The notes under the pieces are model-generated. The model searched no databases. It was given only the letters and a program-made list of their open reading frames with translations, and was not told the origin of the DNA. The translations under genes were made by a program, and so were the position numbers. A stretch of 61,529 nt of DNA, the filler included, from Sphacelaria rigidula (taxonomy: Eukaryota): NCBI GenBank assembly GCA_964200075.2. It is 10 parts of 10 records of this genome, joined end to end, with 100 filler letters (N's around TTAATTAATTAA, not from the genome) between each part and the next. Parts side by side here need not be neighbours in the genome. Positions count along the whole stretch, not along the records: positions 24,655 to 30,717 come from CAXNAA020022482.1; positions 30,818 to 36,880 come from CAXNAA020022483.1; 8 more parts are not named here. One strand, given 5' to 3'. Positions 25,300 through 36,376 of the stretch are shown here, in pieces (positions within the stretch are counted from its first letter, which is position 1; every line of letters starts with the position of its first letter).

Positions 25300-26693
25300 T
25301 AGAGCTCGGTATTGGGTATTGGGTCTAAAATACATTGCCCCCAATACGCATAGGATATTTATCGTTCCTAAGCGTGTTTTTTGGCCCCTAACATGAAGAT
25401 TTTTGGCATATCTTATGCGAGAAAATATCCCCTAAAATTACCCAACATATCCGCATATTCTCGCATAGATATTCCAGATATGATATATCTTGCCCAAATA
25501 TATCCAATATACCCAATATATGTGGGATATAGACGTGGATATCACACGATATGTCTTCTTGAATACCAGAATCAGCCTCATTACGTTGTCTCCAGACCCC
25601 AGATCCCTGGTGCGCAAGTAACAGTGGTGTCACCGCACCCGTGCACACATAAGCAACCACTACACACTACACACCATACACCACACACCACACATGTGCG
25701 ATGAGCAACTCCCGGTCGACACCCCCAGCCAACAGCACTGCATCTGGACAACCAAGGGATGTCACCACCATCAGCGCCTCCGCTACTGCACCGCCGGCTA
25801 CTGTCACTGCTACCGTCACTGCCACCGCCACCGTCACTCCCAATGCGGCATCATCAGCCGCTTCACCGAGCACAGAGGGTCCTGCAGGCGGGACATTTGA
25901 GTTGGTCGATGAACGCAGTATAGTGGCAAAAATAAATAAATAACAACAACACCACCTGCCGTCCCTGGAAGGCGTGTCTTGTTTCTGCTTGTTTGCTCTG
26001 CTTGTTGGCGTTTGAGCGTTTGGGCGCGTCGTACCTCTAGGGCTGTCGTGTGTGCCTCTATGCAGTATGCCTGGCACGTGCATTACTGTATGCAGCTCAC
26101 TGATGAGGCACGTACCTCGTGAGTCGTTACACACACATCAATAACATAAGTATACCAGTGCCGCTGCGATCCGGTGGTGTAATGGTCCGATTGTCGCCAT
26201 TGGGGTGGGGAGAACGAGGGTTCGATTCCCGATGCGTTGGGTTTTTTCTTCGTAACGTCCGACTTCCACCGTGGAAAGCATGAGAACGTGAGTAAACAAA
26301 ATAGTCGACTGGGTTTGGGTGGCGTGAGTTGACGCGGTGCGGGGGAGTGCTGACCCAATCCGCGAGACCAAAATGGAAGGCACGTACCGGGGGAGAGATG
26401 GATTGATCCCTTGAGATCACAGACTCATCACGAAGAAGGGGGAGGGTTTAAAGTGCGAGGAAGAAAGAAAGAAAAAAAAACACCCTTAGAGTGAATCTGT
26501 ATAATCTGCACAAATCGTCCCTATATCCACAGATATCTGGAGGGATATCGGGTGCGATCTCAGATACGCATAGGAAAGTCCAAATATCCGAATATGATAT
26601 TTCTTATGCGATATTGCAGATATATGCGATATTTTTTCACCCAATATATCTATATCCTATTGGGGACAATTTCAGACCCAATACCGAGCTCTA
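25300..26693 (+). mobile_element. Non-autonomous hAT element (1.4 kb) containing a SINE B insertion
   Basis: TIR TAGAGCTCGGTATTGGGT / ACCCAATACCGAGCTCTA; perfect 8-bp TSD ACGAACAG (25292-25299, 26694-26701); ATATC-rich subterminal repeats; Ser/Thr/Ala-rich ORF 25701-25943. Confidence 0.92.
26160..26480 (+). mobile_element. tRNA-derived SINE, family B (A-rich tail)
   Basis: A box TGGTGTAATGG, B box GGGTTCGATTCCC, GAAA/poly-A tail; homologous to 27690-28003 and 40286-40673. Confidence 0.85.
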
Positions 26694-27689
26694 ACGAACA
26701 GCTTCCTACGTAGAACCGAACAGACCGACCGGTCGGAAAGATACTTCATGCCCGGGAAAAAAAAAAAATGGCACAGACGGGTCTAGAACGACGCATAACG
26801 CTGGCGGATTAGCTGTTCTACGCTTGCTCAACCGCAAGTGTATACTTTGGTGTATCGTCATCCTGACCTTATAATTACACTCTCCGTGGTGAATGCCCTT
26901 CTGTTTGTAAAGAATGTCATCCTCTACTCTAGGTCAGAGGACGTTTGATATCTCACTTTTCACGCCGGTCCGTTACTACTGTTTCGCTTTTGGTATTTCT
27001 CTGCGTGACATTGTTTGTTTTTGTGCGGCTTTATTCGATCCAGGGTCACGTACGGCCAGCAAGTGCAGTCGAGGTTTAAGACTGCACCGACACCTTGCTT
27101 CGGCAGCTCACAGCGGCCACCCATAAATGGAACCGGGACAGTGGTAAGTTATTTAATTTCGCGTACCCTGGACAACGACAGAAACGATTACGCTGTGAAA
27201 AAGTATACTGCGTACAGTATCGACTATTGCGTCTATAGAAAATAGGTTCCGTACCGTACGCAGTGCATTCTTTGACAATGCCGATTATTTTTCATCATCC
27301 AGGGTGTGAGGTTTAGCGATTCGAAGTTCCACGCACACCCGAACCAGGAGGTCTTTACAGAGGCCATAGCTCGATGACCGCAGCGATACGTAGGAGTGGA
27401 TGGACTTTTCCATGAAAAGCTCTCTGACGGAGCGGAGAATTTCAGTCTCGTAGCAGCGTGCTCCGGCTTGCTGATGCTCGGTGTCGAAGGCGAAATGTGC
27501 TCACGCGCTCATTCACTGCGCGTGCTGGGTGTAGATGTTGCGAGGGGCGAGATGTCTGGGATTGTACCTAGGTGCTGACGAATAAACAGGACCATGGCCT
27601 TGGTTAGCACGAGGTGTTGATGCACGTGTCAATTGCAAATATCAAAGGAATCCGTGAGCGACACGCTGACAGAAGCGCCCAGGTATGTA

Positions 27690-28003
27690 TTTTTTATTTT
27701 TTTCGCACTTTGAACCCCCTCCCTTCCTCGGGATGAAGCCGTGGACTCAAGGGGTTGACCCATCTCTCCCCGGTACACGCCTTGCATTTTGGTCTCGCGG
27801 ATTGGATCATGACTATCAGCATTTCCACACCGCATCAACTCACGTCAAACAAACTCGGTCAACTACTTTGCTTACTCATGTTCTCCCGCTTTCCACGGTG
27901 GTAACAATATATTACGAGGGAAAAAGCCAACGCATCGGGAATCGAACCCTCGTTCTCTCCACCGTAATGGCGTCGGCCGGGCCATTACACCACCAAGGCG
28001 CGG
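27690..28003 (-). mobile_element. SINE family B copy
   Basis: Reverse complement aligns with 26160-26480 over its length. Confidence 0.82.
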
Positions 28004-28053
28004 TACATACACATGTGTATAGACATAAACACTATTATACTACAAAACATGCC

Positions 28054-28177
28054 CACAAAACGTTGACGCCTGCCTGGCTTCGTGTAGCATTACAAAGCTG
28101 ACTTAATTCTCGTAGTCGACATACTCACAAAACGTTGACGCTTGCTTGGCTTCGTGCAGCATTACAAGGCTGACTTC
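28054..28177. repeat. Short tandem duplication (~72-bp period)
   Basis: CACAAAACGTTGACGC.TGC.TGGCTTCGTG.AGCATTACAA.GCTGACTT occurs twice. Confidence 0.75.
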
Positions 28178-28422
28178 ATCATGATAGTTGCTCCATCGAC
28201 CGGTCGTTCACATATTTAGATCTTTGTCGCTTGTGCAGCTCTGAGCTAGCAGCCGGCGGGGAAGGGTTTCTGTCCACAGTAGATTTTGATATGCGAATGC
28301 AGTCATTCGTGTATCGGAAATGCACGGATTCTACGCTCTAATGCAATCAGCACGTGTGGCAGATACCGGCAAAGTGTGTGGACATGTGCACGTACTTCAA
28401 TACCCCATGGCGTGTACAGGCC

Positions 28423-28497
28423 GGGGGGGGGGGGACTCATTTGTTGCTTGCCTTAGTCGTTTGATCGTTGACCATGCATCCCTCTCGAGGCGGAGCA
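28423..28497 (-). mobile_element. Poly(C)-tailed mini-retroelement copy (F1)
   Basis: G-run followed by ACTCATTTGTTGCTTGCCTTAGTCGTTTGATCGTTGACCATGCATCCCTCTCGAGGCGGAGCA; same 5' end as 18949-19014. Confidence 0.8.
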
Positions 28498-29559
28498 GAG
28501 TGGTCAACAGTGTACTGGGGGGGAAGGGTTGTTGGGCGTCAGGAGAGATAAGCGAGGTGCCGCTCTGGACTCTTTGCCTAAACTCACACACGCGGCGAAT
28601 CAGCTTCTTGAAATCGCTCCATCGCGTTTTTATACCCTCCAGACGGCCGTTTCGCCTTCTGGAGGATAACACCCCCCTTGTGGATCATAATGCCTCTGGA
28701 GTGGACAGTACACGAGTCCTCTAGAGGACACATGAAGCTCTGGAGCACGTGATTTTACTGAGGGCGCCTCTGGAGAAAATTGGAAACATAGTCTTCTTGA
28801 GGATCCACCGATGATGGCCTGTATTATAGGGCACTTTTGCGACCCCAGAGGAAACAGCGGTGCAATATCCCCCAGCGTGTAAGTTTACCTCCGGAGTTCG
28901 CACGACATCAAGCCTCTGGAGGACTGTTGTGTACTCTACAGGCCAACCATACAATATTCCTCTGGAGGAGTAACCGCTAGTGGCCTCTATGGCACTTTTG
29001 CGAGTTCAGGGGGAACAGCGTTGCAATGTCCTCCAGCGTGTATATTGACCGCTGGAATACGTACTATGCATCAAGCCTGTGCAGGGCAGTTGTGTCCTCT
29101 GTGCGCCAACAATGGGTGTATCCCACTGAGAACCGATGTGGCAGTCCTCGAGGGCTTCATAATCACATGTGCATGTGGCCATACCACAAAACAAAGCACA
29201 AGCCGGAAATACTTTTGTCCCTGCATGCATGCTCCAGGCTTATAGATACCCTTTCATGAATAAACCCGGAGTATAGCCCAGAGATGGCACAGCATTTTAA
29301 ATATCCACTGTACTGTACTGTATATTATTGACGCCTGTGATCCTTTTGGCCCGGGATCGCTTCACTCTATATACTGTATTGCAAACTGTGGTCCCCCACC
29401 ATTTTTACGGCCCCTTTTCCGACTTGACTTCAAGTCGCAGTTTTGGTAGACTCTGTACTGCAGACTTTCTCTCGGAGTGTGTATAAGGTTGGAGCGCGGA
29501 TGTGACAAATACGCATATCCGGCTGTTGCTATTCAGTATTGGCATATTTATACACTGGC

Positions 29560-29890
29560 AGCCAGCATGTGGGATTCGTACAGCAGAGGGTGTTCGAAAT
29601 ATATCCTCGTCGTGAAATTGGGCAAGACGAGGATATATTTCGAACAGCCTCTGCAGTACAAATCCCGTATACTGTACTATACTGCCAGCACATGAGATTT
29701 GTAGAGCAGAGGCTGTTCGAAATAGATATTCGTGCCCAATTTATTTAATTGAGCAAAATGAGGATTAATTTCGAACAGCCTCTGCTGTACAAAATAATGT
29801 ATTGTACTGCCGTATGTATGGGATTTGTACAGCAGCCTGGGCTGTACAAATCCCATACATACTGCAGCCAGTATGGGATTTCCACAGCAC
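29560..29890. repeat. Array of three related palindromes
   Basis: GGGATT.GTACAGCAGAGG.TGTTCGAAAT...ATTTCGAACAGCCTCTGC.GTACAAATCCC unit repeated with progressively shorter arms. Confidence 0.75.
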
Positions 29891-30371
29891 GAATGCTTTT
29901 AGAAACAATGCAGAGGATTTCGATATTGACAAAAAACCTCGAGGGAGACCCCAATGTCGAAAAACCTCTACAGGGAGACTCCGATCTTGAAAACCCTCTG
30001 GGGAATTGCGAATGTCTCAGATCCTCTAGTGAGGAGTTTCAGAACGGACGGTATGCTTGGAGACGTTTGGAGAATCTACTGGAGGGTTTTCGAAGCTAGC
30101 CGAATGACCGCGTGTGCAACGACTACGACGAGCAAATGGATGCGAAGGAGCGTTAAGAATTGTCGCGTGATGTAGGCGGTCGTGTCGAAGGTTGGACACT
30201 CTCGTACCGCCACTTGGCACCGAATTCATAACGACAAACGGGAAAAGAGCAAGCCGAAGAAATTTCGAAGTTGCGAAGACATTTTGTGAGAATAGGATGA
30301 TCCCTTAACAGCACACACCACGGGCTCGGGACACACCGCGGGCTCGTCCCGAGGGGCAGGGAGGGGTGTGT

Positions 30372-30717
30372 GTGGGGGTACTCATTTGTTGCTTGCCTTG
30401 GTCGTTTGATCATTGACCACGCATCCCTTTCAAGACGGATCACCGTTCCTACTCCTAATAGAGATACCTCCGACGCCTCCAACATTCTGGCGCTCATTAC
30501 GTTTCTTCCATACATTGCACAAAACCTTTTAATATATCTTATCCCCGTCCTGTTTCGCCGTCTCTGGCCATCATCTCTCTTTTAGTATAACCATCGTTTT
30601 CTCGCTACTGTCTAATGCATCAAACGATTTCATGCCCCCTTCGTTCACGTCCCGCATTTCCCTCTCTAGCACGTCCTGTTCCTCCTTGTATAGTTCACAT
30701 CTTGCAACTTTATGAAT
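30372..30717 (-). mobile_element. LINE family F1, 3' ~340 bp, cut by the contig end
   Basis: Minus frame RCELYKEEQDVLEREMRDVNEGGMKSFDALDS...LCNVWKKRNERQNVGGVGGISIRSRNGDPS*KGCVVNDQTTKASNK* then GTACCCCC. Confidence 0.85.
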
Positions 30718-30837
30718 NNNNNNNNNNNNNNNNNNNNNNNNNNNNNNNNNNNNNNNNNNNNTTAATTAATTAANNNNNNNNNNNNNNNNNNNNNNNNNNN
30801 NNNNNNNNNNNNNNNNNCCCTTCCCCTCCGCACCGCC

Positions 30838-31030
30838 CTTCGGGCCAAGCGCCGTGTTGTGTTCGGCGAGTGGCATGAAGGGTGAGCTGCATCCTGGTAA
30901 GATTGTTCGGCCCGAAGCCTACTTATTATCTTGCATTTGGATGACAGCCTGCAATGGGTTGCTTTATTCTGTGGTATCGCCACTCCCAGAGACAGCCATG
31001 GTTTTTACACTGCCTCATGGGTGTCTAGGG
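30838..31030 (-). mobile_element. Family F2 internal fragment
   Basis: Homologous to 32085-32240, 36070-36250 and 1640-1810. Confidence 0.65.
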
Positions 31031-32354
31031 GGAGGGGGGGGGGGGTGGTGGTGTGGAAACCAGCATAAAAAGGTGAAAGAAATCCCACAGGTGTCCGTCG
31101 AGCATTCACCACTTTTTCACATTTATCAAAACATCACCGTGACATACCTACCGCAAAAAAATTAACGCCTGGATCGTACAGTGTTTCGCGAGTTTGATCT
31201 CTAGGTATATTCACTACATAATTCTATGTCTGCCGTTGTGCTTATTTACCACAGGTCTTGATTGATGTTTTTTTCTCTCCTTTTTTTTAAAATCAAGACA
31301 AGTCTACGTCCTGTGTATTGTAGTACGTCTTCTGTCAGCGACTTGTGTGTTGTGAGAAGGTTCATGTGCGGCGCACTAGCATTAGTTTTCTCGTGAGCTA
31401 TCCCGCCGTTTCGATATGTAATTACATTTTGGGTAAACGGTGTACAGTACTGATTCGCCTTTTTTTGTTTTGCGGTGAACAACTTGCGGTGAACAGCTTG
31501 CGGTGAACAACAGAACGCATACAACGTGGTTGTTCTACATCAACCAGCAGGTATTGTGATTGCTCCGCTGACAGGACGGGACAAGGGTGGAGTACGAAAG
31601 AGAGAGAGGGTAGTGGAACGAAGTAGCGTTCAAAGGACAGTCTCCAGAGGGAAGGGCTGGTGAAGTCACGGTACTACGGAGTATAACTCATGCGAGAAAA
31701 CAACACGTTGCACGTGTCTGCGGAAATGTCCAAGGTTGTGTTCTGCATGGTACGGTTTTTTGCATACCCAGGGTATGCACCCGGGTATTTTCCCGTACCC
31801 GAGAGCTCTGTGAGTTCTGTAAGCCTCCCACACCGGTGGTACCCGACAGTTCTACGCAATCTGTACGCCATGTTAACCCTTGCCCGGGGTACGGGTATAC
31901 TCGTGTAGAATCCCCCGGTTGCAGGTGAGGGTTTCTATACAATCGTCACGAGTATACCGTAACCGACATGTGCTGTACGTTCTGTAAGAAGTTTTATACC
32001 CTACCGAACACACCCGTACCCCACAAAACACAGCCTATGATGAGTCAACGCGTTGGTACTGGATGGATTGCTCCCGCCCCCCACTGTCACCCATGAGACA
32101 ATGTCCAAGCCGTGGCTGTCTCTGGAACTGGCGATACCAGACAATAAAGCAACTCATTGGATGCTGTCCTCCGAATGCAAGATAATCAGTACGCTTTGGG
32201 CCGGTCAATCTTAGCAGGATGCAGCTCATCCTTCATGCTTCGCGCAGGGTGATTGATTGCGAGCCTGGTCCGGCGAAGACCCGGCGTGCTCCGTCCCGGC
32301 TTTGTAGGNNNNNNNNNNCTTTGTAGGGATGTGAGGTCAATGGTCATATGACTA

Positions 32355-33568
32355 CGAGCCGGGCCAGCTTAAAAGCAGCCAAATGTTGTCCACACTACAG
32401 CTTTCCCAGTTTCCCGAATGAACCCGATGTAAGCATATCACTGTGAAGTACAGACCAACCTGGTATCACACGGCACCGCCGCTGAGTGAAGGAAAAAAAT
32501 GAAGAAAAAGAAATGTACGACGAGCTAGGCCAGCCAGGAGTAGGTGTGAATCTCGCTCAGGCGACGCACGGTGCGATATTAGGATTTGGACGCCGAAGTT
32601 TTGACAGCAGCTTTTTATGATCGAAATGCAGAAGATCACGTGAGCAGCGAAGAAAAAATAAAAAATAAAAAAAGAAGTTATGGGCATTTGAAATTTCAGC
32701 GAAAAAAGATAATGTCGTAAGTCCAGGAAAAAAAGGAGAATCTGCAACTGGACACGGGAAGTATCAGTTCCTTGGGTGTAGAAGGTCTACCCGGAATTTC
32801 AGCTCAAGAGTCGTCGAATTGGGGCGTGCGTTCAACATTTTCCGTGACGCTGCTGCATCCCTATAAATCAAGTGATGGGGGACTCCAATCATGGAGGTCA
32901 TGAGTTCGAATCCCGACAGATTCTTTTTTTTTTCGTCCGTCGTTAATGTCATACATTATGCCGTACATTTTTTTTTCACTTTTTTCTTCATTCAGCGGCA
33001 GTGCCGTGTGTTGCCAGGTTGGTCTACGCTTCACAGTGATTCGTTTACATCGCGTTCATTCGGGAAACTGGGAAAGCTGTGGTTTGAACAAGTTGTAGCC
33101 GCTTTTAATCTGGCCCAGCTCGTACCATCATAGTTGACCTTGACGACGGCCGAAAAAAGAAGAGAATATGTCGGGATTCGAACTTATGACCTTCATAATT
33201 GGAGTATCTTACCACTTGAACTACAGGGGTGCAGCAGCGTCACGCAAACCGTTGTACGCACGGCCCAATCCAACGACTCTTGAGATGAAATTTCACGAAG
33301 AGCCTCTGCACCCGAGGAAATTATACATCACGGGAGCAGCTGCAGATTCTCGTTTGTTCCCTGGACTTGATACATTATCTGGTTTTTGCTGAAATTTCAA
33401 ATCCCCATAAATTCCTCTTCTTTTTTTTTCTGTTCTTCTTCGCTGCTCTCATTGTATTCTTCATGTCGATCGTAACAAGCTGCTGTCAAAGTTTCAGCGT
33501 CCACTCCTAATTTTACACTGTGCGTCGCCTGAGCGAGAAAACTACCCACTGTTGGTTGGCCCAGCTCG
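32355..33568. mobile_element. Tc1/mariner-type MITE (outer copy)
   Basis: TIR CGAGC(C/T)GGGCCA; TA duplicated at 32353-32354 and 33569-33570. Confidence 0.85.
32521..33122. mobile_element. Same MITE family, ~600-bp inner copy in opposite orientation
   Basis: CGAGCTAGGCCA ... TGGCCCAGCTCG|TA; 32549-32950 is an inverted homologue of 33135-33540, and 32960-33122 of 32355-32520. Confidence 0.85.
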
Positions 33569-33609
33569 TATGGCATGCAAGATCATGAGAACCCCCCCGC
33601 ACCCCATAT

Positions 33610-33686
33610 CGACCACGCGTCTCTTTCGAGACGCGTGGTCGATGATCAAAAGACCAAGGCAAGCAAGAAGTGAGTACGCTCCCCCG
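33610..33686 (+). mobile_element. F1 mini-copy with a foldback at its 5' junction
   Basis: TCGACCACGCGTCTC TTTC GAGACGCGTGGTCGA then TGATCAAAAGACCAAGGCAAGCAAGAAGTGAGTACGCTCCCCC. Confidence 0.65.
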
Positions 33687-34044
33687 CTTTTAGAAAAATA
33701 TATATATTTCACTGCGGGAAGAGTCCACCCGGAAGTTATCAGAGTCGGCGTTGAGTACCTCAGGCGTGGGTCGCTGGTGAAGCCACCCTGACCTTTTATT
33801 CTACCGTGCTGAAGGTACAATTATCCAATTTTACTGTGCTGGAAGCTGACGCCACTTTGTTTTTTTCTGCTGTGTCGCACAACAGTATTGGTTATAGCAG
33901 TGTGCTTGCTGCTTATATTATGAAGATCTCGCACACTTCACCCATTCTCAAACCGTTGCGTGTGACCAATCGTGCGTGTGTACCTTGCTTACTCACCGCT
34001 TCTTCTCCTCGATCGTTCTATTATGTGTTGATGTATATATAAAG

Positions 34045-34278
34045 TACGCTGGACGAAGTGGCGAGGCTGCGCGGCGAATCGGAATACCTGCCGCAGGGTC
34101 CTCTCTTCATGATGCCCCCGTCGGCTCTGAGGGTCATGTCGTTCTCCGATAAGGGGCCGAACGAGGCGGTGACCATCGGGCTAACGGTGGATCCAGCATC
34201 AGGGGAGATGTCGTCTTTGAGGGTGATGCTGTCGACGCTGCCGCCTGTCGCGCCTATGACGTTCGAACAAGCCGACAG
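34045..34278 (+). CDS. Internal exon encoding part of an RNB domain (RNase II/RNase R-family exoribonuclease)
   Basis: AAAG acceptor, AG|GTAGGT donor, 234 bp, phase 2/2; TLDEVARLRGESEYLPQGPLFMMPP...EAVTIGLTVDPASGEMSSLRVMLSTLPPVAPMTFEQAD matches the RNB pattern LDxEAxxRGxSxYLP...MLP...xLTYE. Confidence 0.8.
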
Positions 34279-35024
34279 GTAGGTCATTTTTTTTCTGTGG
34301 TTGGTAAAAAGAAGGAAAAATATCAAGATTCTAAAATGAAAATAAAAAACAAGGAAAAGAGACATATAAGAACAAGAAAACACAAAAAAACAAGGACAAA
34401 AACAAGAGGTTCGACATTTTTTCTTACTTCTACTTTATTTGTTGTTCTGTTGGTTTATTTTCTTTCGCTTTTTTTTTTTCATCATCATCAGGGTGGTAGG
34501 CAAGGGAAATGGAACAAATTTAGAGAAGAAACAATAATCATGATAACTGGATAGCAGACGTAAACCCTCGATGCCCTTGGCATCTTGTGTAGAAATTATT
34601 TGACGAATAAGAAAATGTGGGGTAATGTGGCTTCTGGGGACATTTTTTTTTTCTAGTATATTCTGTTCGCCTGTTGTGCTTTTCTGGGTTTTCTCCCTCC
34701 TTTTCTTCAGCGAGTGTTTTAGTTTTGTTTTTTGGTCTCGGGTGTTAGACTGTGACAACCAGGTGGATATTGCCGAAGAAGAGTGTCCCACCTGTCACAG
34801 CGGGTGTGGCTCTACCGTCCAAGAGGACTCGTTCGGCACATCATTTTCATCCGGCGACTTGTGCACGCACTTTCTGACTACAGGTCGGAAAAAAATAAAG
34901 GGCGTGCGCATTTTTTCGACAGACCTGTAGAATGAAACGTCAACGTTTGAGCTAATTGTTCATTGCCTTATCGATGTCAAATATATCGTATATAGTAGTC
35001 ATCCCCCGCCCCCCCCTTCTCCAC

Positions 35025-35101
35025 GGTGCTCCGTCTCGAAGGGATGCGTGGTCAATGGTCAAACGACTAGGGCAAGCAAAAAATTAGTACGCACCCCCCC
35101 C
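35025..35101 (+). mobile_element. F1 mini-copy inserted in a C-run
   Basis: GGTGCTCCGTCTCGAAGGGATGCGTGG...AGTACGCACCCCCCC; imperfect TSD (C)n..TCCAC on both sides. Confidence 0.75.
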
Positions 35102-35109
35102 ATCCACAA

Positions 35110-35850
35110 TTGTTAGCCGTAGTTGATAGGGCCGTACGGAAAAAAGTGACGAAAGGGCAGGCTGGAGTAAGCTGGGATGGCGTAGTCGAGAAAGTGTGGA
35201 AAGAGATGAGGGGAAACCAAGACGAGATAAGGTCCATAGGTGAACGTGGTGGGTATCAGACAACATAAGGAGACATTATAAAAATAAGGGAAAAATAAGC
35301 ACGAAAACGGATAGTAGAGGAGGAAGAGCACCTGAAGATATACGGCGGGTTGAGAGGTGGGATAGGAATGAAGACATATCTGCATGGTCCAATGGACTCC
35401 GCAAAAAAAATGAAACTGCGGTTTCGGGTGGGAGACCGGGACCTGCCTGAAAGAAGGAATAGGTATACCAGTAGTCGACTGGAGGAGGAAGTAGATTTCC
35501 GGAATCGCCCCTGTGGCATAGGAATAGAGAGTAGAGCTCATACAATATATGAACTATACAAGGAGGAGCAGGACGTGTTGGAAGGAGAAATGTGGGAAGT
35601 AAACGAAGGTGGCATGAAGACGTTCGATGCATTAGACAGTAGGGAGAAAACGATGGTCATACAAGGAGATAGATGATGGCCACAGACGGCGAATCAGGAA
35701 GAGGATAAGATGTCCCCATGAGGAGCAGGAATGGTGCTCCGTCTCGAAAGGGATGCGTAATCAACGGTCAAACGACTAAGGCAAGCAACACACGAGTACC
35801 CCCGCACCCCCCCCCCCCCCCCCCCCCCCCCCCCACCCCCCCCCACCCCG
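35110..35850 (+). mobile_element. LINE family F1 (RTE/RTEX-like) 3' ~700 bp with poly(C) tail; degenerate ORF2 C-terminus
   Basis: AVVDRAVRKKVTKGQAGVSWDGVVEKVWKE...YLHGPMDSAKKMKLRFRVGDRDLPERRNRY...RPCGIGIESRAH (decayed Cys/His motif)...RSRNGAPSRKGCVINGQTTKASN then a long C-run. Confidence 0.8.
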
Positions 35851-35975
35851 GCCCCCCGGCCCCGGCNNNNNNNNNNGGGGCCCCCGTCCAGAAGGGGGGG
35901 AAAAAACAACGCCAAAACCACAAAGGAAAACACCCCCCGCCCCCCCCCCCCCCCCCCCCCCCGCCCTCCGCGCGC

Positions 35976-36045
35976 ACCGTCTCGAAAGGGATGCGTGGTC
36001 AATGGTTAAACGACTGAGGCAAGCAACAAATGAGAGCGCCCCCCT
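35976..36045 (+). mobile_element. F1 mini-copy downstream of a C-run
   Basis: CCGTCTCGAAAGGGATGCGTGGTCAATGGTTAAACGACTGAGGCAAGCAACAAATGAGAGCGCCCCCC. Confidence 0.8.
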
Positions 36046-36069
36046 ATGCGCGCACAGTTCAAATTGTGA

Positions 36070-36376
36070 GGCACCCATGAGGCGGTTCAACCCGTGGTCA
36101 TTGCTGGAAGTACAGAGATACCAGAAAAAAGCTAAGCAACTCTTTAGAGGCTGTCATCTATATGCAGGATAGTTGGTGCGCTTCCCGCCGAACAATCTCA
36201 GCAGGATGCAGCTTGCCCTTGCGTGCGACTAGTCGGACACATCACGGCGCTTCGCGCTCGATGAGCGCGACGAGCCTGGTCCAGCGAAAACCCGGCGTGC
36301 TCCGTCCCAACTTTGTAGGTATGCGAGGTCAATGGTCTTGTGACTACGGCATACAGAATCATGAGTACGCCCCCAC
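36070..36376 (+). mobile_element. Family F2 copy
   Basis: Ends ATGCGAGGTCAATGGTCTTGTGACTACGGCATACAGAATCATGAGTACGCCCCC. Confidence 0.8.

Larger units (their letters stand above)
32085..33600 (+). mobile_element. F2 element split by a mariner-type MITE that itself holds an inverted copy of the same MITE
   Basis: F2 ...GGTCATATGACTA| insert |TATGGCATGCAAGATCATGAGAACCCCCCC; removing the insert and one TA restores the F2 3' end. Confidence 0.8.

Noticed and set aside
33720..33790. Upstream RNB exon (VEYLRRG could precede TLDEVA)
   Set aside because: No HIAD-like motif, weak donor and no clear acceptor.
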